Translations under genes and position numbers: made by a program
Notes under the pieces: generated by a model
What the model was told of the DNA's origin: nothing
Seen by the model: the letters and a program-made list of their open reading frames with translations, nothing else
Databases searched by the model: none
Shown: positions 12,698 to 25,757 of the stretch, in pieces
Numbering within the stretch: the first letter of the stretch is position 1
Layout of the letters: every line of letters begins with the position of its first letter
Assembly: GCA_002269645.1 (NCBI GenBank)
Contig: NIVC01001508.1
Coordinates: 1 to 64,000 of the forward strand
Source: Macrostomum lignano
Lineage: Eukaryota
Direction: 5' to 3'
DNA length: 64,000 nt

Positions 12698-13023
12698 GCG
12701 GGAGTCGGCAAACTCCGGCCCGCGAGGCCCTTCTATCTGGCCCTCGGGTCCTTTGAAACTTCACAATAGCAATCCGGCCCGCTTAAGGTTTGTCTCTTCT
12801 CAGTTGTCTCTCCCCTCTTCTATCTTTCCGCTCCTCTCATCGCATCTCTCATCTCGCCTCTCACCTTTTATAATCTCTTATCTTATCTCTATCTTATTTT
12901 TCCTCCTCTCTTTCGTCTTCCCTCTCCTCTATTCCCTATTCCTCTCTTCTCACGTGGCCTGCAGTACTGATCTCTAGACTCTTTATCTGGCTATTGAGGT
13001 GAAAATTAGTTGGCTGACCCCTG
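12698..13023. mobile_element. hAT/Charlie-like MITE between the two SORD paralogs (same family as 8787-8970)
   Basis: 5' GGGAGTCGGCAAACTCCGGCCCGCGAGGCC and 3' AGTTGGCTGACCCCTG, with a CT-rich interior. Confidence 0.6.
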
Positions 13024-13826
13024 CAACTATAAACTATAACTACAAAAATGGTTTAGTTTACGGTAAAATACACTCAAAAAGAGCAAATAAGTTATTAAAT
13101 TTTGCTCGGATTCTTAAAAACTAAAATAGCAACAAGTAATAATAACAAACAAATTCAAAACTAGTGATAGAATTGCCTGCGGAACTTGACAATGTTGTGA
13201 TACTGCTATTACAAAATACGATCGAACACCATCAGTTTTAAAACATGTTAATAAACAATCTGACTGTGCCTAAATAACCCTAAAAAGTAGATTAGTGCAA
13301 AAGAATTCTTACAGAGAATTGATTACTCGCCATTAAATTCCCTTAATTTAATTAACACGCGCGTATACTTACCAGGTAGCGATTGATTTTTAGGTAGCAA
13401 AGTTTAACAATAAAGATGTTTTAACACGGCAAATAATAGCAATCAAGCATGCTAATTTCCATAACTAAAAAGTACAGTACGTATATTAAAGCATTAGTAT
13501 AGTATTTTTAGTTACGAGCTATATAGATTTTGGCGAAAACACGATCAAAATTGGTCAAGAATTGCAATCTCTAGAGCGTTACATCCGGACAGACAAATCT
13601 TAGACATTTAGAATAGTTGGATAGTGAATGTATATAGTAATACTAAAACATTAGATTTTCCGACCGGGTACCACGGGCCGTATAGTTTTTTAGCTATTGC
13701 ATCTACATAAGAATCCGCGATTTAATGTAATTAACTTAGCGAGCAAACGCAACATACGTAAATACAATAAATACAATCACCAGTGCTAATAGTTATTTTT
13801 GGTTTCAGCGTTACTCCATTGTAGTT

Positions 13827-15505
13827 TCAATTCTCCTGACACTTGATGATCACTTTGATGGCATTTCCGGCGCCTGTTTTAGCCGTCTCGAATGCGTCCA
13901 CACTTTTCGACAAGGGAAACCTGACGCCGAGCAAATAGAGATCAGGTGGTAATAACATAAAGGTAATATAGCTAATTTCTTAAGATGCAAAAATCTAAAA
14001 CAATGGTTTAGAAGCTTTTTATAGGTTGATATGATTTTCTACGATGTCTCACCTATGCGTAATCAGCGGCTTAATATTGACTCGGCCTTGCGCCACAAGC
14101 GACAGCGCGTCCGGATAACAATTTGCGTAGCGGAAAACTCCGCGAATGTCCACCTCGCGGACGCTGGCCTGCACGATTGGTAGGACAATCTCCGGCTTGC
14201 CGAGGCCGACCAGCACCACGCAGCCGCCGGAACGGCAAGCCCGCACCGAGAGGCCGACGGAGGCCTCAGCGCCGGTGCATTCGATGACAATGTCCGGCCG
14301 GCGCCCGTTAAACAGAGCGCAGACCTGGCTCACTAGCGACTCAGCATCTGGTGAAGTGAAGAAGAAGTATAGCCATCAGGTACGTCAGTCGTGGAAAGAT
14401 GTCTAGATCCAATAATATACAAGCTTACATGTATAAAATCTCCTCTTTTATTCGTCTTGCCTTAAGCCAATTTATTGGACTTCAATCTCAATAGTTGCGC
14501 CTCCTATAGGCCTTTCGGATCGTACAAAAAAGCTACCACCAAATCCGATAGCTAAGAGAGTCCAACTGTTCAACATTGCAAAGCAAATCTTCACTAAGAG
14601 CAACTAACAAGCTCTTTGAATTTAAAACGTTCCCATACGTCAAAAAGATGATCTCAAGCCTCTGTGAAATAATTGTAATGGGGGCAGCTTGCCAAGCCAA
14701 GCCACACTAGGGTATTGACCAAATCAGAAAAAATTGCATAAATCAACCTACTTCCAGTTGCAATAAGAGTAGCGTCGGCACCCATCTCCTTGGCGACGGT
14801 GAGTCGGTGCGGGTTGATGTCGGTCAGAATCACCGTGTCGGCGCCCATAGCCCTAGCCGTCAGCAGGTTGACGAGGCCGATTGGCCCAGCGCCGCAGATC
14901 AGCACGCGGCTGCCGAGCGTCACTCCGGCCCTGCGGCACGCGTGGACGCCGACGCTGAGCGGCTCGAGCAGGGCGCCCTCCTCCAGCGACACGTGATCCG
15001 GCAGACGGAAGCAAAAGTCGGCGTCGTGCACGTGCCACCCGCTGAGGCTACCGTCTACCGGCGGAGTGGCCAGGAACTTCACGTCAGGGCACAGGTTGTA
15101 CCTGCCCGACTTGCAGAGGTCGCAGAATCGGCACGGAATCCCGGGCTCGACGGCGACTCGATCGCCCGGTCGGAGGTTGTCTACTTCAGCGCCGACCTCG
15201 GTCACCACGCCGGCCGACTCGTGTCCGAGCACCATCGGCTGACGGACTACAAAGTCTCCGATGGCGCCGTGCGTCCAGTAGTGCACGTCGGAGCCGCAGA
15301 TGCCCACCGAGTCCATGCGGAGCAGCACTTGGCGGGGACCGGGCCGCGGGATCGGGCGCTCCTCCTGCGAAATTGAACTGCTTTATGTGAATGAAGCCAC
15401 ATGCTTTGACTTAAAAGTATATAAGACGCAAAAACAATTTGTTATTACCAATTTTATATTGTTAACACTCTGCAGCACCACTGAAATATTCTTGCTGTCA
15501 GTCAT
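13827..15505 (-). CDS. SORD: Sorbitol dehydrogenase paralog A, 4 exons, intact, 352 aa
   Basis: Exons 15505-15449, 15364-14752, 14347-14053 and 13920-13827 total 1059 nt, with consistent phases and GT-AG introns. Catalytic Zn (CGSD, GHE), structural Zn cysteines, [27 protein letters not shown] and AIKVIIKC are all present. Confidence 0.95.
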
Positions 15506-17084
15506 GTTGAAATTAGCTCTGAAAATTACAGATATTGTTAAATTCTTTATTGTAAATTTTAGGTGAAACACATGTGTGATGAAGGCAGTAAATGTTTGGT
15601 TCTTACTAATGCGAGCTAGCTAAGCCTTTATGTATTCAAATACTTTTGCTTAGCAAATTTTGTAATATCTATTTTGTTTACAGCTCAATTTTTGGATGAG
15701 AGATGTCTACCGGAAGTACTTTATTATGTTTTAACTACACAACACTATAATAATATATAAAGACTGGAATGCAGTTCTAAAAAATAAATTTCTTTGGAAT
15801 ATCTTCCTTCTTGTAGTCTTATGTCCGAAACATTAAGTATGTTATCTGAGTGAACATGATACTCCTTTACTTTTTGAATAATATTTACAGAGAATAAATA
15901 CCTAAAAACTATATTGATCCACAACGAAGTTAATAGTCAAATTAATATTAGCTACAAATGGAAAATAAAATAACCTGGCTTGCAAACTACAAAAAATCTA
16001 GTGAAATAAATATTTAACATTGACATTAAAATCCATAAGAATATTTTGGTAAGTAAAACCAAGACTGATTATTTAGCATAGTCAAATGACATCAAAGTTT
16101 TACAGTTTATTTTTTTAATAAAATAAACATTATATTAGCTTCTTTTTATAATAATTAATCTAAATTTGTTCAACACTGAATAGAAAGGCTATCTGAAGAA
16201 TAGAAAAGGAGTAGAAGAAGGCTATCGATTGTGTCTAAGCATTTTCAGTCTGAGTTTAGGTTTTACTGTTTAAAAGGTTAGTCTATTAAGTAAAGTACTG
16301 GGTACGTGGGCCTTCTCTTACCCTGCACAACTACGAGAAAAGTGGCTCGTGGAACTTAATAAGTTGAGCTAATTTTCAAGAGTTGGTAATAAAACTCTTT
16401 CAAAAGGATTAAACCTTTATTTTTTAAGATAAAATTGATTTAGTTACTTTTTACCGATGTATAAAACACGAGCATTAAATAAAAAACCATGCGCTATCTA
16501 GTGCGTACGTAGCCTAGAGACCTCTTATATAAGATGCGCGAAATCTTTAAAAATCTGCTGCTGTAAATGGGCAAATAAAGACATTAAAGCATTTACTTAA
16601 AAAGCAATTGTTTAGTTAAAAACAAGGCATGATATTTAAAGACAAAAAGAACACTCCCTTAAATAATGAAAGTACACACAGTCATTGTTTATCTTTCTTT
16701 TACAGTAGAAATTTGAATTAGTTTTTAAAAAATAAAGTTGAAAATCGTTGTGTTAATCAAATATATGCACTCCGATCCAACGAATCGAAGCTCCGATTGC
16801 AAATCATGATATAGAGCTAGGTAGCCGTTGTTTTAATACGAATTCAAACTGCACTAATACAACTGTTCTCCAAACCTGCTCACGTTGAAACTTCCAAATA
16901 AGAAACTCGATTGATTCAAGTTACAATGGGTTCTGGTTGTTTGGGTGAACCGAAGGTTCCGTCTATTGTGGTGTAGTGTGAACATCTTTTGCGATAGCCC
17001 TGTATTCTATTAGTTAGGTTTTGCATTATTGTTATTGAATTGTTATTTTGCTTTAGTCATACGTTTTTGGTGTACTTTTTCCTT

Positions 17085-18060
17085 GTTAGTTAGAATCAAT
17101 TTTGCGTAAACAGGTTACGTAGAGTTAGACGCCTAATCTGTGACTCAGCGGAGGGTTGAGGTTGTCTGCGAACCCCAGCTTTGCGCGGCCAGCCAATCAG
17201 AACCGGCCTGGACCCTGGCACGCGGCAAGTTTCAATTTTACCCGGCGCCGCGGGCACAGTGCAATTCGGCTTAAGCGAGCGGCCGGCCAGACGACCACCA
17301 CCCGGCTTGAGGGGGTTTTGAGGGGTTGTGACTCTGACTATATATGAAAGTGTGTTTTGGCAATCGGATCTCGCTTGCTCCCTTTCCCCGGTTTTGTCTT
17401 GTCCAGTTCCCGGCCGGTGGCCCGTTTTCTCCTCTCTTGTTGGTTCGCGCTTTGAGGCGCCTGATTCATCACCCCCGGTCCATTTTTTGTTCCCGCCCAA
17501 CCGCAGTAGTCTTGTGGCGTAACGTCTACGGCAAATTTCTGTCTGAAGTCGTCGCTATCAAGCGCGGTTAGATAGAGACTGTCGGATCTGATCAAGTACG
17601 CGGCCTCGACCCCGAGGGCCTCAGTGTTACACTGAAGGGCAGTGCCGATAGAATTTAGTCGGTACTCCGTTGAACGGTCGATTCGGCAGGGCTCTCGTTT
17701 GAGAGTAGGTTCTGGCTTAGGCCAGGGGTTAGGAGTCTTTCTCCGTGGTCCTGTGTCCGGTGCCTCTTTCCTCTTCTTCAGCTGAGATCCGCTTGTCAGT
17801 GCGTAATATACTTATTATTATTAATCGTTACTATTCGTTATCATCAGTCTAATTATCTGCGTCGCGAATTTGCTTGAATCCTGTAGCTTGAGTAATCAAA
17901 TTAAATCGTCTAGCCAATTATCAGTTTGTATCATAGGATTATCACTCTCTAAATCTTTCGGTTTGTGTTCCCTCGTGTTCTTTATTTTCTTGTACTGTAC
18001 CTGCGGCTATTGGAGAAAGACTGGTAGGACTCGCCGACCGGCGATAGGCGATTAGGATTA
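17085..18060. mobile_element. Unclassified GC-rich, LTR-like non-coding segment
   Basis: GC island in AT-rich context, with CCAATCAG (17193), TATATATGAAAG (17340) and a pyrimidine-rich leader-like stretch. No credible ORF. Termini and TSD not identified. Confidence 0.35.
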
Positions 18061-18559
18061 ATAGCTTTAAAATCTTCGAACGCTCCAAGTAGGTTTGTCT
18101 AGGGCCTAAATAATTGCTCACCGTGCATGCTATTATCTAATTGCCTATTTATCACAGTGGATTAGGGGTTGTCTAGTAGATTGGTTTCAATGTGTCAATT
18201 TTTCAGTTTTGATATTTGAGTTGAGACCCTAACTGTTTCGATCAAAATTCTTTGATAGCTAACAAAAGCTAAAAGAGGGGAGAGGGAAAAGGAGGCGGAA
18301 AAAGGAGGCGGAAAAGAGGCAAAGAGAGGCGGGAAAAGAGGCGAGCTTCTTGCTTGGTTGACATGGGCTTTTATAGTACTTTTCAGTCTTGATCGCATTG
18401 GATGGTACCGGTAGCTACTTTTCATTGGTTGGGGTCGTGTCCTCAGCTTTTGCTAGTTGGAGCGCATTCATTGGTTAAAACACATTCAATCTGGATGGGA
18501 ACCTTTAGGGCAAAAATTTGTCACTTCAAAGGTTGTACTTTACATGTACTTCATTTACC

Positions 18560-19075
18560 GTCCTTCGAGCCTACCGTGTCCCCAAGCAGCTAACCGACGT
18601 ACATGTAATTGTCATGTCGCTGTATTGCGACACTCGAGCTGCAGCTGTGGCGACGGTGGACAGCCTGTCTGACCTGTTCGACACTTCATCACGAGTTTTG
18701 CAGGGCGACGCGCTAGCGTAACGCTTGGGCTGGACTGGGTGCTTTGGACCGCACTCCCCTACTAGCTTGGCTGACGACGGCTTCCTGCTGCGCAGACACA
18801 ACGGTCGCCGCCACAGCGAAAAGCGCCTGAGCGTGCTTGGCTACGCCGATGACCTCTTGATCCGGGCCAAGAGCTACTTACCACCAACCTGTTCAGGTCG
18901 TCCTGCTACTCAACCTATAGCAGGGTTCGTTTAGGCGGGGTCAGGCCCGAACGCGTCGATATATGCACTGCCTGGTATGCGACGTTGGGGCGCCCGACAC
19001 TGCTAACGAGGCGGACTTAGTCCGCTCCCAGGCTCTGTGGCGCGCCATCTTACGCGCTCCGCTCTAACTGGTGGC
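18560..19075 (+). mobile_element. Degenerate non-LTR retrotransposon (RTE-like) reverse-transcriptase remnant with internal deletion
   Basis: VLRAYRVPKQL...SLYCDTRAA...DLFDTSSRVLQGDALA* is followed after a frameshift by DDGFLLRRHNGRRHSEKRLSVLGYADDL (the QG and YADD RT motifs), then C-terminal-like GQAR...CLVCD...QALWRAI. Confidence 0.8.
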
Positions 19076-19453
19076 CCTTCATTACAGGGCTTCGTATTTT
19101 GTTATTGTTGTTAATTTACATGTATCATTATCACGTGTTTTAATGCAAAACACCTGTGAGGTTTAGCAACGATTAAGAACAATAAGATTTTTATTTGAAG
19201 AATCTACGCATACATTCTAACCTGTCATAAATATAATTCTCTACGAGCGTACATAATTTAATTCTGCGATGTACACGTATTTGCAATATATTTACCTTAG
19301 CAAAATGCTGACCCTCTAAAATTTATAAGTACAAGTGGTGATTTGTGGACTATACTGTGGCATCTCTGAAGTAAAAGTGTAATGGAGTCTAATTTAGATC
19401 TCATTATGTAACCACCATAGACATCAAGCGGGAATGCGTGCTTTTAACTGGTG

Positions 19454-21955
19454 ATGACTGCGTTCGTACGCTTTATTCTTCAAGCCAAAAGGCTACGAAG
19501 ACAAATGCCGTATCTAAGGCGCAAACGCGGACTCTGGCGTCTGTTCGCGTGCACCGAAGCAGCCAAAGAGTTCAGTGACGATGAAGATGGTCTTGCCGTG
19601 TCAACGGAATTTTCTGATACCAACACCGGGCGCAGACGCAACCACCAGCGCGGCAAAACTGTGTCTCATCGTCACCACGGAAGGCTTGACAGCAGAACGA
19701 CTCACTCATCGCATCTGAAGCGCAGGTCGTCGAAAACGAAGGAGGACGACAGTTTTGAAAGCGACTATGCCACCTGCGACGAGGACGATGCGGACAGAAA
19801 CAAAGCGCGCCGCCAAAGCCTGCGCCTTCGGCCACATCATCACCACCACCATCACCACCGAGGGCACAGGACTTGCCGCTGTCCAAGCGGTGGTGACGCC
19901 GCCTCGCAAGCCGCTTGCACATCTGGCGCTTGCCGCAGCCGGGTCTCCAAGCGCCTCATGGTGGCCATGCTGGAGGACGGAGCCACCGGTCAGCTCAGCG
20001 GCTGTGGCGCGTGCCACCGGGGCAAAATGCGAGTTCGCACTACCCGGGATGAAGTCAGCATTAGGCGAATATTTCACCAACTGAGCGCCACCATGGACGC
20101 CAATTACCCGAGCGAATCTCCGCTAGAAATTCCCCGTTCAAGCGCGCTGCGAACCGCGCATCGAGGCCAGGCAGGCAACTTGGCGAGTCCGCGAACTTCA
20201 CGCACCATGACGCTGCCAGCTTCGCCGCAGCAGCAGCCGTTAGCGAGGACTCGACAACTGCCCGCATCGCCTCCAGAGCCGCCGCCTCGACCGTCGCAGG
20301 AGCCGCAGGCAGTGACACCGCCTGCGTCTGAACCGCCGATGCCCCCGCCGCGCACGCCTGTGCTGCCGGCAGTGGAACCTCGGCCACAGGCTCCGCAGCC
20401 ATCTGAATGGGTTCGAGTGTCTGTACAATCCAGCACTGTGCAACAGCAGGAGCAGCATCTGCAACAAAAGCAGCAGCAGCAATTGGATTCCGAGCAGAAA
20501 TCGCAGCAGCAGAGCCCAACGCCTCAGCCAATCGGATTAGCCAATAAATCACAGCAAAGTCAGGAGGATAAAAAGACAGGTATTTAATAGTAATCAAAGA
20601 GTGCCAATGAGCGTAATTTTACTAGATATACAAATTTTTATCATACTCATAAATGCAGCCATCCGCGGCAGCGGTCGACGCGGCTACCGCCTGTTCCGTC
20701 GGGTCTTCTCGGCTTCTGACAACTACTACGCCGCCCCGTTCCCGCCGATGGAGACAATCAAACTGACCAGCGATGAGGACCAGTGGGAGGACCTGGAGAT
20801 TTTAGTTACCGGGCATAATGGCGTTAAAGCAATTGCACCAAAGGTTAGTTCGGGTCTTAAGCTCGTTGCCATGAAAACTGTAAGCACCTAATTGACCAAC
20901 GTATAAGCGCTTCGTCATCACTGAAAAAAACTACTCAAACTGCTCTCTACCTAACAGACTGCGGACTCAGCAAAGCCGGACAACAGGAACCAACCAGATG
21001 CCGTCAAAAGCCGTCAGGTTGCTTCGCTGATTCCCCGTCCATTGCAGCCGAGTCACGCAGTCGAAGGAGGCGGAGGAGGAGGCGGCGGAGGCGGTCAGCC
21101 ATCGGCTGCTGGCGATATGGAGCAGCTGCCTCAAGCAATACAAAAGCAGCAATCTTTGAAACCGATGCAACAGCAAAGACAGCAGCAGCAGCAGCAGCAG
21201 ATCAATCAGTGCAACCAACTGCAGTCGCCAACAAAGGCCAATTACGACAAGTTTGCTGGTCAAGGAGGCGCAAGTCGAGCACAGAAAATTTCTCAGGTAT
21301 CTTGAATTATTTTCTTTGACAGACAGTATATAATTCCGATTTTTCCTTCGACCGCAACGGGTCTACGCCAAAAAATTGAATGCATTCTAAACATTTTAAC
21401 AACTTTCATCTGATGCACCCAGGTTGACTTTGGCGCAATGAAAACAAATAAGGCAGTTTTTAATAGTAATAATCAAGTAACTACTGTGTATAAGATGTTG
21501 GAGTCCTCGATTTAGACTTACACCTACATGTAAACTAGTCAGGTAAAGTTATAAGTGCGCACGGCATGATAATGATATTCTATGCTAAATGGTCATTAGG
21601 ACCGTCGGTAGTTGACGTCGGTTCGATGCAACCCCCTTCATTGATTCATTCGTTGCAGGACACCAGCGTTCGGCAGTTCGGTTTCAGCCGTCAACAGCAT
21701 CAGCAGCTGCTGCAGCAACAGCAACAGCAGCGTCGGGCGAACCCCCTGATGAGCCCTAACCGCCTGCTGCACCGGCTGGGCCCGCCGTGCAGCGATGCCG
21801 TCTGCGGACGGCAGCGTGCCATCCTGCTGCCACCAGCGCCGCCGCCGCCGCCTCTGTCGCCGTTCGGCGCATCCCCAAAGCCGCGCCGCGAGCAGCCAGC
21901 AGCGCGCGAGTTCGGAGCCGGCGCCAGGTACAGCAGCAGATACGGGAAGCTTTGA
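19454..21955 (+). CDS. Hypothetical low-complexity (His/Pro/Gln-rich) protein, 4 exons, about 648 aa, no recognisable family
   Basis: Exons 19454-20579, 20659-20843, 20958-21296 and 21659-21955 join in frame through GT-AG introns (phases 1, 0, 0). The start could instead be ATG 19505 or an upstream exon via the acceptor at 19484. Confidence 0.75.
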
Positions 21956-24102
21956 AATGCTTTGAAACACACGTTTTGTTTGTCAAATAATTTTCAAGCC
22001 TGAATTAAATCATTTCTTGACGGTTCTTGTACAGAGGCTCATTTAGGTATTTATTAAGGGACAATGAAAAACTTGAGCAAACAACAAACTAACTGGAGCA
22101 ATTTGCGTAAGGACGCAATACACGCAATACCCTACTAACACAGTAACTGGCTAAGCTTTTGTGCCTGCGGATTTCGCAAATCTTACCCAAAAAAACGCAT
22201 CTAAGGCCTTCAGTGTGTCAATTCGATTCCACTGTTTTTTTTTTATTTTCTAATTTACTTTTGAGGATTTTTTCCATAGAAAATACAATGTAAGGCAATT
22301 TGACTGCTTATTGAATAATTATCCGCTGTGAATTTTTTTAAAGGAAAACCCGTGTTTCAGAGTTTCATTTTTTGTACGGTAATTGCAGTTAAAGGCCGCT
22401 ACTTGCAGCCCTGAACAATGCAAAGTCACAGTTTCGTGTCTCATGAATGTTTTAACTGTAATAGTAGTGAGGATTTTCACGACTACGTGGACTTTGACAG
22501 AAACGAACAGAACTATTTCTATTTCAGAAATGCGATGACGACTTGAAATCAGTTTAGCAAGCCCATTACTAATAGAAGTAGTACACTTGACCTGTCCGTG
22601 CTTCAACTCTTAGGATAGAGTATCTGCTCCGATTGGTCCTTATTAGCAAGTGCTCTGAGAAATTGAACTCTAGCGCCAAGGTCTGTTCTGTGGGTTTGAT
22701 CATGCACCTGTCCAAATTATTTTGGAGTTCGTACTTTGAAATTGGCCGGTGGAGTAGCACCAGTAGTCTATAAAGCTGAGACGACTGAAAAATTTGCAGT
22801 AGTCACTGTACTGTGCGGCTTTGCTTACGATGGCAATTTTAAACTAACGTATCATCAATTATGTAGTAAACATCATTGAAGCATTGGTTAATAAAATCGC
22901 GTTCGCAATCGATGCAACCGCGCCAGCTACCGCCGCTAAAGTTACATCGATGGTGAAAGACATCGCCTCAAAGTTTGTCATCGGCCAGAGGAAAACTTGT
23001 TTGGCCCTTCTGAGCTTCTTGCATAGTGTGCAGGTCGTAACAAAGGGGATGTCAACTTATAGTCCCGAAATGGAAGCGTTGTATCAAGTCAATTCAAGGT
23101 CACCTCAGAAGCAGAGCAGCCTTCGCAGTAAACGCGTCTGACTCTCACGTTCATTTGGGACTTGTGTTCGAAAATTGGCCAAGGGAGTCGTCGCGCAACC
23201 ATAACCAACCATAAGTCTTAACCCCCAAGGCACAGAGAGAGTGAGTGTACATGCCTGACAGAAGGGTAGAGCCGCTATCTTTTTGGTGCTCAAAACCTTT
23301 CTACAAATGTTTACACTGTATATATGTGAAGAAATTTATTATGCTGTCTATGTTTCTTGCCCCAAAATCTGCACAGACCCAATCAGTGGCAGCAGTACGC
23401 CGAGGGTGACAGATGAACCAACTGGTGCTGCGAGTTCACCTGCAACAGCAACTCAACCGTTTGCTGTTGAATTGTTGAGCTCTGCATGATTTCTCAAACT
23501 CTGCATGGCTTTTAAATGCCGCGACTCCAAAGGCACCGACATCGACAACTGCCGGTGCGCACTCAGGAATGGGACTGCCATTTCAATGGTCGATCGCGTC
23601 CTCTAAATGATTTATTAGCTCGATGTGGGAGTTGAGTACTCCGGTGGAAAGTTAATTTTTCAGTCAAATGCTGTAAGGCTGAAACAATTTTTGCTAATTA
23701 ACATAGATTTTTTTCTTATTTTACAATTAAAAATAGCTGAACTATATCAGATAAAATGTATTCATTTTGGCACCTTAATCGCTTGTCTCATACTCGAAGA
23801 TTTTTATTTCATGATAAAAAAGATTGTCGAAATTTGAGATGCTCCATGCAATTTAGCTGCTTTTGGTTGGGACAAGTCATCAGCTTACCAACCCCATGTG
23901 GATAGACAAGCAGTAAAACTAATGCCGCTGGCATGGATTAATAATTTTAATCATAATAAACAGCATAGAACTTTCGGCATGACTGGCCTCAAACAGCAAC
24001 TATCGAATTTTTCAAGTATTACACATTTTTTTGACTAAGTTAATGAAGCAATGAATTTCTGCTTGATGAATGTGAAGTTGCAATAATGCTAAGCCAGCCT
24101 GT

Positions 24103-25757
24103 GGCGCCAGGGGCTTTAGCACCAAGGGCTTTAGCACCAAGGGCTTTAGCACCAAGGGCTTTAGCACCAAGGGCTTTAGCACCAAGGGCTTTAGCACCAA
24201 GGGCGCCAGCACCAATGGCGCCAGCTCCAAGGGCTTTAGCACCAAAATCTTTAGCACCAATGGCGCAAGCACCAATGGCGCCAGCACCAATGGCGCTAGT
24301 ACCCCAAGGGCGCCAGCACCAAGGGCGCCAGCACCAATGGCGCCAGCACCAATGGCGCCAGCACCAATGGCGCCAGCACCAATGGCGCCAGCACCAATGG
24401 CGCCAGCACCAATGGCGCCAGCACCAATGGCGCCAGCTCCAAGGGCTTTAGCACCAGGGGCTTTGGCACCAAGGGCTTTAGCACCAAGGGCTTTAGCACC
24501 AATGGCGCCAGCACCAATGGCGCTAGCACCCCAAGGGCGCCAGCACCAAGGGTTTTAGCACCAAGGGCGCCAGCACCAAGGGCGCCAGCAACAAGGGCGC
24601 CAGCTCCAAGGGCTTTAGCACCAGGGGCTTTGGCACCAAGGGCTTTAGCACCAAGGGCTTTAGCACCAATGGCGCCAGCACCAATGGCGCTAGCACCCCA
24701 AGGGCGCCAGCACCAAGGGTTTTAGCACCAAGGGCGCCAGCACCAAGGGCGCCAGCAACAAGGGCGCCAGCACCAAGGGCGCCAGCACCAAGGGCGCCAG
24801 CACCAAGGGCGCCAGCACCAAGGGCGCCAGCACCAAGGGCGCCAGCACCAAGGGTTTTAGCACCAAGGGCGCCAGCACCAAGGGCTTTAGCACCAGGGGC
24901 TTTGGCACCAAGGGCTTTAGCACCAGGGGCTTTGGCACCAAGGGCTTTAGCACCAAGGGCGCCAGCACCAATGGCGCCAGCACCAATGGCGCCAGCACCA
25001 ATGGCGCCAGCACCAATGGCGCCAGCACCAATGGCGCCAGCACCAATGGCGCCAGCACCAATGGCGCCAGCACCAATGGCGCCAGCACCAATGGCGCCAG
25101 CACCAATGGCGCCAGCACCAATGGCGCTAGCACCCCAAGGGCGCCAGCACCAAGGGCGCCAGCACCAAGGGCGCCAGCACCAAGGGCGCCAGCACCAAGG
25201 GCGCCAGCACCAAGGGCGCCAGCACCAAGGGCGCCAGCACCAAGGGCGCCAGCACCAAGGGCGCCAGCACCAAGGGCGCCTGCACCAAGGGCGCCAGCAC
25301 CAAGGGCGCCAGCACCAAGGGCGCCAGCACCAAGGGCGCCAGCACCAAGGGCGCCAGCACCAAGGGCGCCAGCACCAAGGGCGCCAGCACCAAGGGCGCC
25401 AGCACCAAGGGCGCCAGCACCAAGGGCGCCAGCACCAAGGGCGCCAGCACCAAGGGCGCCAGCACCAAGGGCGCCAGCACCAAGGGCGCCAGCACCAAGG
25501 GCGCCAGCACCAAGGGCGCCAGCACCAAGGGCGCCAGCACCAAGGGCGCCAGCACCAAGGGCGCCAGCACCAAGGGCGCCAGCACCAAGGGCGCCAGCAC
25601 CAAGGGCGCCAGCACCAATGGCGCTAGCACCCCAAGGGCGCCAGCACCAAGGGCGCCAGCACCAAGGGCGCCAGCACCAAGGGCGCCTGCACCAAGGGCG
25701 CCTGCACCAAGGGCGCCAGCACCAAGGGCGCCAGCACCAAGGGCGCCAGCGCCAGGG
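24103..25757. repeat. 15-bp GC-rich satellite array (GCACCAAGGGCGCCA / GCACCAATGGCGCCA / GCACCAAGGGCTTTA), about 110 units
   Basis: Direct reading. Blocks of variants occur, with a recurrent 17-bp variant (GGCGCTAGCACCCCAAG; GTACCCC in the first copy) near 24294, 24522, 24687, 25124 and 25621. Confidence 0.97.

Noticed and set aside
18195-18270. Possible hammerhead ribozyme (stem ATCAAA/TTTGAT followed by CGAAAC on the minus strand)
   Set aside because: The CUGANGA core is absent.
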